From IMG/VR virus record IMGVR_UViG_3300015242_000026, positions 1 through 60,347 of that record: a DNA stretch of 60,347 nt. The stretch is one strand, 5' to 3'. Shown piece by piece: positions 18,926 through 27,947 of the stretch. The stretch comes from a virus. Taxonomy: Duplodnaviria; Caudoviricetes. The notes under the pieces were generated by a model, which saw only the letters and a program-made list of their open reading frames with translations, ran no database searches and was not told where the DNA came from. Position 1 is the stretch's first letter. Every line of letters starts with the position of its first letter. The position numbers and the translations under genes are program-made.

Positions 18926-21028
18926 GTGGCTACCGTCACCACCACCACCAACACCAACCCGTTCCAATACCCAGGTACCACGCTGCTCGTCAAACTGGCC
19001 GGCCGGAGCAAATGGCTGATCCTGGTCAAGGGCAGCACCGCAGACAACTACCTGCTTTACGTGTCGACCGACACCGGCGCATCGTGGGCGCTGCTGTTGA
19101 CGGTCGTGCGCACCAACATCGTGGACCTCGGCGCGCTGCACTGGGACGCAGGGGATTGGGTCACGTGGGCGTACCGGACCAACGAGTCCTCGACGGACCG
19201 GCTGTATTTTCGCCGGCTCAGCGCCATCTCTGGCGTGCCCAGCTCGGGCGAATGCCTGGTAGCGCAGGCCGGTAACGGCGGCGTGGCAGGTGCCGCGTTC
19301 ACCGGCGTCGACGTGCGGACCGTGTTCGCCAGCGCCAGCCTCGCCTATGTCGTGGTGGCCGGCGGCACCCAGATCGGCGGCAGTCAGGGCGTCACCCTGT
19401 TCGGCGCCACCATCGATGGTCTGGGCAATCTGGTCCACAACGACGGGATCATCAAGGGGACCGGTCAGTGGCTCTTCACCGCCGCCGCCGGACGGTGCGG
19501 TGTGTCGCTGGACGTGTACCACAACGGCGACGGGGTCACTCCAGCGTGGGCAACCCCTGATTTGTGGGTCCTGTTCGGCCGCTCGCAGCTGAACCTGGTC
19601 CGGCTGGCATGGACGGGTTCCGGCTGGACCGGGTCGCCGGGGCAGACCGTCATCGCGTCAGCCACCGGGGCGCGTGACTACACGTCTGGCCGGTTTACCG
19701 GCCAAGTGTTCAACGCCGTCTACCCCGACCCGGTCAGCACCGACCGGGTGGTGCTGCTCGAACGTGACGCCGCGAACTCGACCACCACCGTCCGCCCGCA
19801 GTGCCCGGCGCACCCCACCGGCGTGATCCGCCAGGCGGCGATGGCGTACGTGCCGAACTACTCCACCGGCGACGTGCGGGTGTTCGCGGTAGGCACCAGC
19901 ACAGCGGTGATCTATTTCGTGGACTGGGTGCGAGCATCCAACACATGGACCACCTGGACGACAACCGGCATCGCGGCGGTGATCGGCACCAACGCCGACA
20001 ACTGGGGTGTCAAGCCGTCATCCAGCCAGGACGCCCGACACATGATCTACGCGGCGACCGGAACTTCGCCGTTCACGCTGTCTGTCACCACCCAGACCCT
20101 GTCGTACGCGCCCGACATCCCCACCTGGGTATCGCCCACCTCGGGGGCGGCGTGGGACGTTGCCGTCATCCTGCCGCTGGACTGGGCGTTCACCGACCAG
20201 GATCCCGGCGACACCCAGTCCGCGTTCGCCGTCAGCAAACAGATCGGCGCCGGCGCGCTGTCCTACTGGCGGGCGTCGGACTCGACGTGGCAGGCCGGCG
20301 AGGTCCAGAACACCTCCGGATCCACGCTGCTCAATGTGCCGGCAGCGACCATGGCCGCGTCCGACGCCGCGACCACGTTCAAGGTCAAAGTTTGGGACGC
20401 CGCATCCACAGCCTCCGCATATTCGGCCGGGCTGATCGTCATCCCCAGCACGCCGGTCAACCCGGCGATCACCGCCCCCACCGCCGCGCAGGTACTGGCC
20501 ACCGACCACGTGACGATGACCTGGACGGCGACGGAACAGACCCAGTTCCGGGTGCTGCTGTTCATCACTTCCGGTGCGCAGGTCTACGACTCCGGCTGGA
20601 TCACCGACGCCGCGTCCCGCTCCTACCTGGTGCCCTACGTGCTGGCCAACGGCACGAACTGGACGCTGCATCTGCAGACCACCAACAACGAGGGTCTGCC
20701 CAGTGTCGACCAGACCCGCCAGTTCACCGTCACGTACGTCCCGCCGATGACCCCGACAACAGTGGCCACGCCAGCGCCGGGGCAGGGCTGGATTTCGGTG
20801 GCCATCACCAACCCGACGCCGGGCGGCGGCGCACCCGCTGTCGCGTCGCAGTCCCTGTACCGGCGGATCGCCGGATCGGGTGACCTGGTCGGTGTGCGGA
20901 TCGGCGCCGGGCTCGCGTCGGGGGCGACGGTGCAGGACTTCTGGGCGGTGTCCGGGGTCGCCTACGAGTACCGGTCGGTCGTCGTCGGCGTCAACGGCAC
21001 AAGCACCTCGGGGACGTTCACGGCCTAA
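18926..21028 (+). CDS. Large tail fibre / receptor-binding protein
   Basis: Asp-box STDTGASW; FTDQDPGDTQ and YDSGW Ig/FN3-like motifs. Confidence 0.75.
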   Translation: MATVTTTTNTNPFQYPGTTLLVKLAGRSKWLILVKGSTADNYLLYVSTDTGASWALLLTVVRTNIVDLGALHWDAGDWVTWAYRTNESSTDRLYFRRLSAISGVPSSGECLVAQAGNGGVAGAAFTGVDVRTVFASASLAYVVVAGGTQIGGSQGVTLFGATIDGLGNLVHNDGIIKGTGQWLFTAAAGRCGVSLDVYHNGDGVTPAWATPDLWVLFGRSQLNLVRLAWTGSGWTGSPGQTVIASATGARDYTSGRFTGQVFNAVYPDPVSTDRVVLLERDAANSTTTVRPQCPAHPTGVIRQAAMAYVPNYSTGDVRVFAVGTSTAVIYFVDWVRASNTWTTWTTTGIAAVIGTNADNWGVKPSSSQDARHMIYAATGTSPFTLSVTTQTLSYAPDIPTWVSPTSGAAWDVAVILPLDWAFTDQDPGDTQSAFAVSKQIGAGALSYWRASDSTWQAGEVQNTSGSTLLNVPAATMAASDAATTFKVKVWDAASTASAYSAGLIVIPSTPVNPAITAPTAAQVLATDHVTMTWTATEQTQFRVLLFITSGAQVYDSGWITDAASRSYLVPYVLANGTNWTLHLQTTNNEGLPSVDQTRQFTVTYVPPMTPTTVATPAPGQGWISVAITNPTPGGGAPAVASQSLYRRIAGSGDLVGVRIGAGLASGATVQDFWAVSGVAYEYRSVVVGVNGTSTSGTFTA

Positions 21029-21136
21029 CCCGGCCCCCCAAGGCCAGCAACATGGCGCCCGCTGTCGGTAGTGCCCGGCCGCGGGGCGGCGCTCGTCGCC
21101 ACGCTAATCGCGCTCCACAATCAGAGAGGCCCACCA

Positions 21137-21835
21137 ATGCGCCGGCTCCTGTCCGCCACTGTGGTCCTCGCCAGCGTTCTGCTGGCCGCCGCCGTACCGC
21201 AGGCCATCCGGCCGGCGGCTGTACCGAACCCGCTGCGAATCTTGAGCCTCGGGGACAGTCTGACCGCCGGATACGGGAGCACGGACGGGCTCGGCTACCG
21301 CCGCGAGTTGGATCGGCTCCTCACCGCGGCGAGCATCCCGCACGTCATCACCACCACGGCGACGGTGGGCGCGACCACCGCTGATCTGCTGATGCATGTC
21401 GTCGCCGACGTGGCCGCCGCGCAGCCCGACGTGGTGTTGCTGTCGATCGGGACCAACGACGCGGTACAGAGCCCCGCGAGTATCGCGGCGTTCGAGTCAA
21501 ATTATGACCAGATTCTGACGGCGATCCTGGCGGCCCAGCCTGGCGTGGTCGTCGTCGCCAGCTGGGTGATGTATTCGGACGGCCCGGCCTGGTTCGCGGT
21601 CAACGAGAAACTGATCAACGACGCGATCTACCGCCGGGTGTACGGCGGCCACGTCGGCCGGGTCGTGGGGATCGCGGACCTCCAGCTGGTCAACTGCCGC
21701 TATGTCTGTACGGCCGATCACGTCCACCCCGGCAATGTCGGGTATGACGCGTTCGCGTGGGAGTGGTGGCGGGCGCTCGGGTTGTGGCTGGGCCAGCCGT
21801 GGGGCGTGCCGACTGGACCGTGGACCGGGCCGTGA
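21137..21835 (+). CDS. SGNH/GDSL esterase with signal peptide
   Basis: LGDSLT, IGTND, DHVHP; N-terminus MRRLLSATVVLASVLLAAA. Confidence 0.9.
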   Translation: MRRLLSATVVLASVLLAAAVPQAIRPAAVPNPLRILSLGDSLTAGYGSTDGLGYRRELDRLLTAASIPHVITTTATVGATTADLLMHVVADVAAAQPDVVLLSIGTNDAVQSPASIAAFESNYDQILTAILAAQPGVVVVASWVMYSDGPAWFAVNEKLINDAIYRRVYGGHVGRVVGIADLQLVNCRYVCTADHVHPGNVGYDAFAWEWWRALGLWLGQPWGVPTGPWTGP

Positions 21836-22809
21836 CCCTGTACGGGTGGGACGCGTCCGACTACGACTGGCCGCGCGGTGCGATGGATCTCGGCGCCGCG
21901 AAACGCGACGGGATCGTCTTCTTTACCCACAAAGCGACCGAGGGCACCACCACCAAGCACAAGCATTTCGGTGAGGCGGTCACCCGGGCGCGGGACGCCG
22001 GGATCGAGTTCATCGGCGCCTACCACGTCGTCCGGTCACCGCGGAATGCCCGCGACGAGTTCAACTACTTCCTGGCCTATGTCGCCAGCCAGGCGGTCTG
22101 GCTGCTCACCTACCCGGGCTTTTTCGTCCAGGTCGACCTGGAGAAATGGCCCTACGATCCGGTCCCGGCCGCCGAAGCCGAAGATTTCGCGGACATCGCC
22201 ACCGCCGAACTCGGCCGCACCGCGATCATCTACGCGTCGCGCGGCCAGTACGGCAACGACCTGGCCGGTACGAGCCATCCGCTGTGGAACGCCGCCTACG
22301 GAACGAACCCGGTCGGGCCGTACCGGTCCACCTATCCGGGGGACCGGGCTACCGGCTGGACCGCCTACTCGGGAGTAGTCCCGGCGATCTGGCAGTACGG
22401 GTCCCGGCTGACCATCGGTACGCAGCCCGGCTGCGACGCGAACGCGTACCGCAGCTCGCTCGAAGACCTGCGCACCCTCATCCAAGGAGACACCGGAATG
22501 GTCGCTGTCGACCCGTTGCACTACGCCGCCCATCCCGCCTTCGCCTCCGTCGTGCGCGCCATTGTGGAGGGCGCCACCGAGGAAGGCTGGATCGACAAGA
22601 CGGGCGTCACCTGGGATGACGACGCCGCGGCAGTGAACCTGACCACGATCCTCACTGGGATCAGGGCGCTCGCCAACCAAGCCGCCGGGCCGGCTGTCCT
22701 GACCGAGGATGATCGGCAGGCCATCATCGCCGGGGTCGTCGCGTCTCTGCCGGCTCCAGCAACCGCAGCCGAGGTGGCCGCCGAAATCATTCGTCAACTG
22801 GCACCGTGA
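21832..22809 (+). CDS. Endolysin, GH25 muramidase
   Basis: GWDASDY, KATEGT, GAYH, VDLE, IWQY, DAN. Confidence 0.9.
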   Translation: MTLYGWDASDYDWPRGAMDLGAAKRDGIVFFTHKATEGTTTKHKHFGEAVTRARDAGIEFIGAYHVVRSPRNARDEFNYFLAYVASQAVWLLTYPGFFVQVDLEKWPYDPVPAAEAEDFADIATAELGRTAIIYASRGQYGNDLAGTSHPLWNAAYGTNPVGPYRSTYPGDRATGWTAYSGVVPAIWQYGSRLTIGTQPGCDANAYRSSLEDLRTLIQGDTGMVAVDPLHYAAHPAFASVVRAIVEGATEEGWIDKTGVTWDDDAAAVNLTTILTGIRALANQAAGPAVLTEDDRQAIIAGVVASLPAPATAAEVAAEIIRQLAP

Positions 22810-22909
22810 GGTATCGGCGGGCCGATACAGGAAACGGTACGACTCGCGGTCCAGACCCCCGCCGCGGGCCATACAAACCCCGAGTTGGTGGGGAAGGGCG
22901 GGCTCGTGC

Positions 22910-23179
22910 GTGAAGACGACGGGAATCCTCACGGTAATCAGAGACCTCGGACTAATCGTCGTCGGTCTCGGCGGAATAGTTTTCCAACAGATCAGCGGCC
23001 GAGTGAATATAGAATTGCTGATGGTGTACACCACGATACTCGGGGTGCCCGGGGCGATCGGTCTGCTGCAGCTGTCCCGTGGCAGGTCAGAAACCCCGCA
23101 TACAGCAGGGTCATCGTCGCAGTCTCCGCCGCAGCCCTTGTCTCCGCCGGAATCTTCACCGCCGTCGCCGCCGCGTTGA
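22910..23179 (+). CDS. Two-TM membrane protein (holin-like)
   Basis: Two hydrophobic helices and a Pro/Ser tail. Confidence 0.65.
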   Translation: MKTTGILTVIRDLGLIVVGLGGIVFQQISGRVNIELLMVYTTILGVPGAIGLLQLSRGRSETPHTAGSSSQSPPQPLSPPESSPPSPPR

Positions 23180-23191
23180 AGGGCATGTGAA

Positions 23192-23443
23192 ATGTGGCAG
23201 ACAGGCTCACGTCCCACTTGGTATTTCCTGGTAGTCATCTATCTGAGCATGTTCGCGCTCGTTGTCGGCACCATGCTTTACACCAACTATGTGGCCGAAG
23301 AGAACAATCGCAAATGGTGCCACCTACTCGTCACGCTGGATGAGTCATACAGTTCGACGCCGCCAGTCTCCGCGCTCGGCCGGAAAATCGCCGCCGACAT
23401 CCACGGCCTGCGGGCCGACCTGAAATGCGGCTCCAGCCGGTGA
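23192..23443 (+). CDS. Single-TM lysis-cassette protein
   Basis: N-terminal TM; two Cys in the soluble part. Confidence 0.7.
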   Translation: MWQTGSRPTWYFLVVIYLSMFALVVGTMLYTNYVAEENNRKWCHLLVTLDESYSSTPPVSALGRKIAADIHGLRADLKCGSSR

Positions 23444-23907
23444 CCAAACCGGTCAAGGTCTTCTCGATCGTCGGGCTGACCCTCGCGTGGCTGGGTTGGG
23501 AGTTGTGGGCCAACTTCGACACCGACCCGAACACGTGGCCGCTGACCTGGGTGATCGTCCGCTACGTCCCGGCCTGGGTCACCCTGCCGGCCGTGGCGGT
23601 CCTCGCCGCATGGCTGCCGTGGCATTTCTGGTCCAACTATCAGCGCAAGCGCCGCCGGCCGTACCCCTACGGTTCGCGCGCTCTCTCGTCTACCCCGGAG
23701 GTAGCCGTGTTCGCCAAGTACAGAAAGTTCTGGATCGCCGCTGCCGGTGTCGCGGCGGTGGTCGTCAAGGCCCTCGCCGATGGGCAGGTCGATCCGGCTG
23801 AGTGGGGAGAGATCGCAATCGCCGTGGCCACCGCGCTCGGTGTGGTCGCGGTACCGAACCAGCCCGCGGACCCGGCCCCGCCGAAGCTGGCGAGCCGGTA
23901 CCGGTGA
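23440..23907 (+). CDS. Membrane protein with an in-frame nested holin-like protein from GTG 23707
   Basis: About four TMs; GGAGG RBS before MFAKYRKFWIAAAG...ALGVVAVPN. Confidence 0.7.
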   Translation: MTKPVKVFSIVGLTLAWLGWELWANFDTDPNTWPLTWVIVRYVPAWVTLPAVAVLAAWLPWHFWSNYQRKRRRPYPYGSRALSSTPEVAVFAKYRKFWIAAAGVAAVVVKALADGQVDPAEWGEIAIAVATALGVVAVPNQPADPAPPKLASRYR

Positions 23908-24776
23908 CCCGCACCATCTACCGGGAGAAGATCCCGGCGACCGACCCTCGGTTGAAAAGGCATGTCCTGCACGACTCCGAGTCGCGCCGGTACGCGTTCA
24001 ACACGGCCGGGCTGTCCATCGTCAGCGTGGAGCACCACCGGTGGCTGCCGATCCTCGACCAAGGCGACGTCGGATCATGCACAGCAGACGCCGGGTTCGG
24101 TGTCCTCGGGACCGACCCGTACGCGACCAGCGGCGCAAGCCAACCGATCATGGCCACGTTCGGCGCGTTCACCCAGGCCGGCGCGTACCAGCTGTACAGC
24201 GCGGAGGAACAGTACGACGGGGGCGGCCCGTGGCCGCCCAACGACAATGGCTCTTCGGGGCTGACCCTCGCCAAAGTGCTCCGCGACGTCGGCGCGATCG
24301 CCGGCTGGACTCAGACCTTCACGCTCGATGACGCCCTGAAGGCGCTGGGCCAGTACCCGCTCGCCATCGGTACGGTCTGGTTCAACTCGATGTTCGACCC
24401 GGACCCGCAGGGCATCATCACGGTCTCCCGGTCCAGTGGCCTCGCGGGTGGCCATGAGTACGAAGCGGTCGGCTACGACCAGCCACGAGGGTTGGTGCAC
24501 CTGGCGAACTCGTGGGGCACCAGCTGGGGCGAGAGCGGCTACTTCTGGATGGCCGCTGAAGACCTCGGTCTGCTCCTCGAAGACCAGGGCGACGTCACAG
24601 TCTTCACACCACTGACCAATCCCGCCCCGGTACCCACGCCTGTACTCGTGGACGCCAACGCCGACGATGTGGCCCTGGCCCGGGTGCTCGACCCGTGGGC
24701 CGAGGCCCCGCACGTTGGCCAGAACCACCGGGCAGCGATGGCGTACCTGCAGTGGCGAGCAACCAAGGCCCTGTGA
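23904..24776 (+). CDS. Papain-like (C1) cysteine peptidase
   Basis: QGDVGSC, GGHE, NSWGTSWGESGY catalytic motifs. Confidence 0.9.
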   Translation: MTRTIYREKIPATDPRLKRHVLHDSESRRYAFNTAGLSIVSVEHHRWLPILDQGDVGSCTADAGFGVLGTDPYATSGASQPIMATFGAFTQAGAYQLYSAEEQYDGGGPWPPNDNGSSGLTLAKVLRDVGAIAGWTQTFTLDDALKALGQYPLAIGTVWFNSMFDPDPQGIITVSRSSGLAGGHEYEAVGYDQPRGLVHLANSWGTSWGESGYFWMAAEDLGLLLEDQGDVTVFTPLTNPAPVPTPVLVDANADDVALARVLDPWAEAPHVGQNHRAAMAYLQWRATKAL

Positions 24777-25111
24777 CCGGGCTCGCCGGGTACCGTCAGC
24801 GCCGACGCAGGCTGCGGACATTGGTCGACGCCGACGAGGCCCACCTCGGGCTGCACCGCGGCATCGGTGGGGTACACCGCCGGCCCGGCCGCCGGCGCCG
24901 GCGTAACTCGTGGACCGCAGCGATCGGACCGGCCATCGTCGCTGCGGCCGCGGCCACCGCGATCTGGCTCCTACTCGGCCCGGCCGCCATCCCAGCACAC
25001 CAACTGCACCTACCCCAGCTGCCCGGACTACCTGGCCTGGCGACACCCGCCACACCGGCCGGTCCGACCCCGCCGGCGGCGTGTACACCGCCCCTCCCAC
25101 CAGCCAGGTAG
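24773..25111 (+). CDS. Membrane-anchored Pro-rich protein
   Basis: GTGA overlap; basic patch then a TM then a Pro-rich tail. Confidence 0.5.
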   Translation: MTGLAGYRQRRRRLRTLVDADEAHLGLHRGIGGVHRRPGRRRRRNSWTAAIGPAIVAAAAATAIWLLLGPAAIPAHQLHLPQLPGLPGLATPATPAGPTPPAACTPPLPPAR

Positions 25112-25159
25112 ATCCTGTGGGCGTGCAGCTAGCAGCACTGGCAGCCGCATTGGCCCGCG

Positions 25160-25193
25160 TGTACCAGCGGGTACTCGAGTACCGGCCGGTACA
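25160..25193. repeat. 34-bp loopless imperfect palindrome
   Basis: TGTACCAGCGGGTACTC|GAGTACCGGCCGGTACA, 15 of 17 pairs. Confidence 0.8.
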
Positions 25194-25255
25194 ACGAATC
25201 GCCGTCGTCGTCCCCACAAGGGACGGCGGCGGCGCATTTTGCTGTGCTCCCGGCA

Positions 25256-25777
25256 CTACGGGAGCTTCCATTCCTCCCGGTACCCGGGACGGTCGGAGTA
25301 GGGCGAGGCGAGCAGGCGGACGTACCGGCAGGGCCCAACCGGCACCGCGTCCCGCGTCGGGAAGGACGAGTGCTTGGCCACGCAGGCGACACACACCGGC
25401 AACTCCTCGTACGCCTCATCCAGTACGTCGCCGTCGCGCTCAAGCCAGCCGATGCTGCGCCAGATGATCCCGTGAATGTCGAGGATTTGCCGCTTGACCT
25501 CGACGTCTCGGAGTACCCGGGCAGGGTCATGGCGGGCGATGTGCTCGGCGTCTGCCATGCTCTGCCGATCGCCGGTCTCGCCGGTCCCCGCGACGCATGT
25601 AGCAGAGGCGCCAGTCGCCCCGGCGAAGACGGCTTCCTCGAACCATGCCGTGCCCGGCTTCCGCCAATGCTTGTCGGGGCTGTGCCGCCACGGTCCGGCG
25701 GTCGCCGCCCGCGCTACCCGCTCGTCATCGTCCAGTTGCGCTGTCAGCCAGGTCACCAGGTCGTCCATGACGGGCAC
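25256..25777 (-). CDS. DUF6221-like actinobacterial protein
   Basis: HIARHDPARVLRDVEVKRQIL and LASPYSDRPGYREEW. Confidence 0.8.
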   Translation of the reverse strand: MPVMDDLVTWLTAQLDDDERVARAATAGPWRHSPDKHWRKPGTAWFEEAVFAGATGASATCVAGTGETGDRQSMADAEHIARHDPARVLRDVEVKRQILDIHGIIWRSIGWLERDGDVLDEAYEELPVCVACVAKHSSFPTRDAVPVGPCRYVRLLASPYSDRPGYREEWKLP

Positions 25778-25782
25778 CGTAC

Positions 25783-26148
25783 CTACTCCCCGGTGCACGG
25801 GCACAGGTACCCGCCGTCGTTCGTAGGACAGGTCGAGTCCCTGCCGCGGTAGCAGCCGAGCCGCGAGCAGCAGGTGCAGTAGTCGCACGACTCGTAGGAG
25901 TACGCCAGCCGCGGGCCGGGGTCTTGTTGGCGCGGTGCGTCAGTGTCCGGCAGCAGCCGGGCCAGCGCTCGCAGGTACGACCCGGCCGCGAGCGCGCCCA
26001 TCTCCTGATCGTGAGCGCCAAGTTCGGCCCAGGTCGGGTTGTACACGCCTTCGTGGGAGAGCTGCTGGCGAGCTTCGGCCAGTTGCCAGGCCGTCACGTT
26101 CACACCGTTGAGGGTGAGCGCTTCGTCGGGGTTGATGCGTCGGATCAT
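25783..26148 (-). CDS. Hypothetical protein with Cys-rich C-terminus
   Basis: Coupled to the upstream gene; CDYCTCC..C..C..CPC. Confidence 0.65.
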   Translation of the reverse strand: MIRRINPDEALTLNGVNVTAWQLAEARQQLSHEGVYNPTWAELGAHDQEMGALAAGSYLRALARLLPDTDAPRQQDPGPRLAYSYESCDYCTCCSRLGCYRGRDSTCPTNDGGYLCPCTGE

Positions 26149-26387
26149 CAGTGGCACTCGCAATCGCAATCTTCATTCGGGCCGGGGTATGCGCCCGGGT
26201 CGTTCTCGTCGTACGGCATCTCCGTTGCGCAGTCGCAGTCGCGGCACTCGTCGTCCCTAACCGCCGAGACCGTCAGCGTGCCGCCGGCCGCCTTGACCGA
26301 CTCGTAGGCGGCGGCCAGCTCCGCGGGTGTCTTGTCCGGCCAGAACCGGGCCATGTCCTCGATCGTTGCCTCGCGCTCGTCGCTCAT
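26148..26387 (-). CDS. Hypothetical protein
   Basis: RBS GGAG; CRDCDC and CDCECH. Confidence 0.65.
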   Translation of the reverse strand: MSDEREATIEDMARFWPDKTPAELAAAYESVKAAGGTLTVSAVRDDECRDCDCATEMPYDENDPGAYPGPNEDCDCECH

Positions 26388-26423
26388 GGGTCTCCACTCC
26401 TCTGTGTAGTCGTCTCGAAAGGT

Positions 26424-27092
26424 CTACTTACGTGAGGGCATCGGTTCGAGGGTGTCCGGGAGCCATTCCGGCATCTCGAAACCCACGTCCGAAACCTCGA
26501 CGGGAATGGACGACCCAAGGCGGAGTTGCGTATCAGCTTCGGCCTTGAGGTGGCGGTAGAGCGTCGCCGGTGCCACTCCGACCGATGCGGCGGCCTGACG
26601 AACGGTCCGCTTCGTGGCGAGCAGCGCCTTCGCCGCAGCGAGCCGATCCGCAGTCAGCTTCAACGGCCGACCCCCGGTCTCGCCGCGCGCCCTGGCCGCG
26701 GCCCGGCCGGCGGAAGACCGCTCGGCGATCATGCGACGCTCGAACTGCGCCAGCGACGCGAACAGATGGAAGATCAGCTCACCGGTCGCCGTCGTCGTGT
26801 CGATGTGCTCACCGAGCGACCGGAACGCGACCCCGCGATCCTGAATGCCGTTCACCGTCTCAACGAGGTGCAGCAGCGACCGGCCCAGCCGATCCAGCTT
26901 CCAGACGACCAGCACATCGCCCGCCCGGGCGTACTCCAACGCCCTCGCCAACTCCGGCCGCTCGCGCAGCGCCCCGCTGGCCTTCTCCACGAACACCCTG
27001 TCGCAGCCGGCAGCAGCGAGCGCGTCGAGCTGGAGTTGCGGGTTCTGATCCGCAGCAGATACCCGGGCGTACCCGATGGTCTGACCGGTCAC
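26424..27092 (-). CDS. Small serine recombinase (resolvase/invertase)
   Basis: IGYARVS, VWKLDRLGRS, LAQFERRMIAER, GGRP and a C-terminal HTH. Confidence 0.95.
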   Translation of the reverse strand: MTGQTIGYARVSAADQNPQLQLDALAAAGCDRVFVEKASGALRERPELARALEYARAGDVLVVWKLDRLGRSLLHLVETVNGIQDRGVAFRSLGEHIDTTTATGELIFHLFASLAQFERRMIAERSSAGRAAARARGETGGRPLKLTADRLAAAKALLATKRTVRQAAASVGVAPATLYRHLKAEADTQLRLGSSIPVEVSDVGFEMPEWLPDTLEPMPSRK

Positions 27093-27592
27093 TGCGGCAC
27101 CAATTGGGCGTGCGCGCGCAGCTGGCCCGCCTCGGCGTAACCGAACTGGGCGACCGCCCGAGCGATCGTCTCCGCCTCAACCTGAGTCGGGGTTGCCCAA
27201 TCGCCCTCGACGACGCCGCGGGTCAACACCCGGTTCGTGCCGCCGGTCGGCTCGTAGACGGTGACCCGCCAAGCCCTTGCCGGGGTCGCGGCGACTGCGG
27301 TCGACACGACCGTTCGGCGCCGGCGGGACCAACGCCACAGCATCACCCCGCCCGCACCGACCCACAGGACACGGCGCGCCAGCCAGAGCAGCACCCGCCT
27401 GCCCCGCCTCGTCGCCACTGCCACCGACGCCGGGTACAGCCCGAACAGGAAGAAGTACGGGTTGGTCGCGAAGACCTGGTAGGTCAGGCTCACCGCAGCC
27501 GTCAGGGAGATCGCCACGGCGATGCCCTCCAAGCTCACCCCGCTGCTGCTGCTCTTGGAGCACCCGCAGTCCCCACTGATCACCGTGCACAT
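27089..27592 (-). CDS. Membrane protein of the transfer region
   Basis: Two to three TMs; ATGA/GTGA coupling on both sides of the cluster. Confidence 0.65.
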   Translation of the reverse strand: MCTVISGDCGCSKSSSSGVSLEGIAVAISLTAAVSLTYQVFATNPYFFLFGLYPASVAVATRRGRRVLLWLARRVLWVGAGGVMLWRWSRRRRTVVSTAVAATPARAWRVTVYEPTGGTNRVLTRGVVEGDWATPTQVEAETIARAVAQFGYAEAGQLRAHAQLVPQ

Positions 27593-27601
27593 GAAATCTC
27601 C

Positions 27602-27823
27602 TCACAAATTCCGGAAGTAGTTGTAGATCGCCCGGCCCAACTTCAGGCGCCGGCCGGTCGCCCCGCACGTACCGCAAAGCTGAAACCCGCCGCCCCACAA
27701 CGCCGAACGGCGGGCCGTACCCCGACACCGCCAGCACTTCGCATACGGCCAAAACACGCAGCCGGTCGCGTAGTACAGCGGCAGACCGACGACGATCCCG
27801 ATGACAGCGAGAGTGGTATTCAT
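27602..27823 (-). CDS. Small TM protein with CxxCxG zinc-finger pairs
   Basis: CWRCRGTA and CGTCGATG. Confidence 0.7.
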   Translation of the reverse strand: MNTTLAVIGIVVGLPLYYATGCVFWPYAKCWRCRGTARRSALWGGGFQLCGTCGATGRRLKLGRAIYNYFRNL

Positions 27824-27843
27824 CGATGTCTCCGGGGCTGATC

Positions 27844-27927
27844 GTGTAGCGGCCCGGCCGCTACACGTAGCGGCTGCGCTACACCTGCCGCTACAGGGCT
27901 GACCTGCGGAAACAGGCTTGTAGCGGC
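27844..27927. repeat. Six GTAGCGGC-like repeats downstream of the TraB-like gene (candidate clt)
   Basis: Copies near 27846, 27857 (rc), 27867, 27875 (rc, degenerate), 27887 (rc), 27920; perfect 11-bp-arm palindrome 27844-27866. Confidence 0.65.
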
Positions 27928-27947
27928 AGATCGTGGGTAGGCGCTCA

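Noticed and set aside
18926-21028. Diversity-generating retroelement acting on the fibre gene
   Set aside because: No reverse transcriptase and no template/variable repeat pair seen in the window.
25160-25193. Protelomerase (telRL) site of a linear phage-plasmid
   Set aside because: No protelomerase or ParA/ParB gene recognised; the only tyrosine recombinase is a short integrase.
26424-27092. Tail-fibre inversion system or Tn3 transposon
   Set aside because: No transposase, no terminal inverted repeats and no inverted alternative fibre ends were found.
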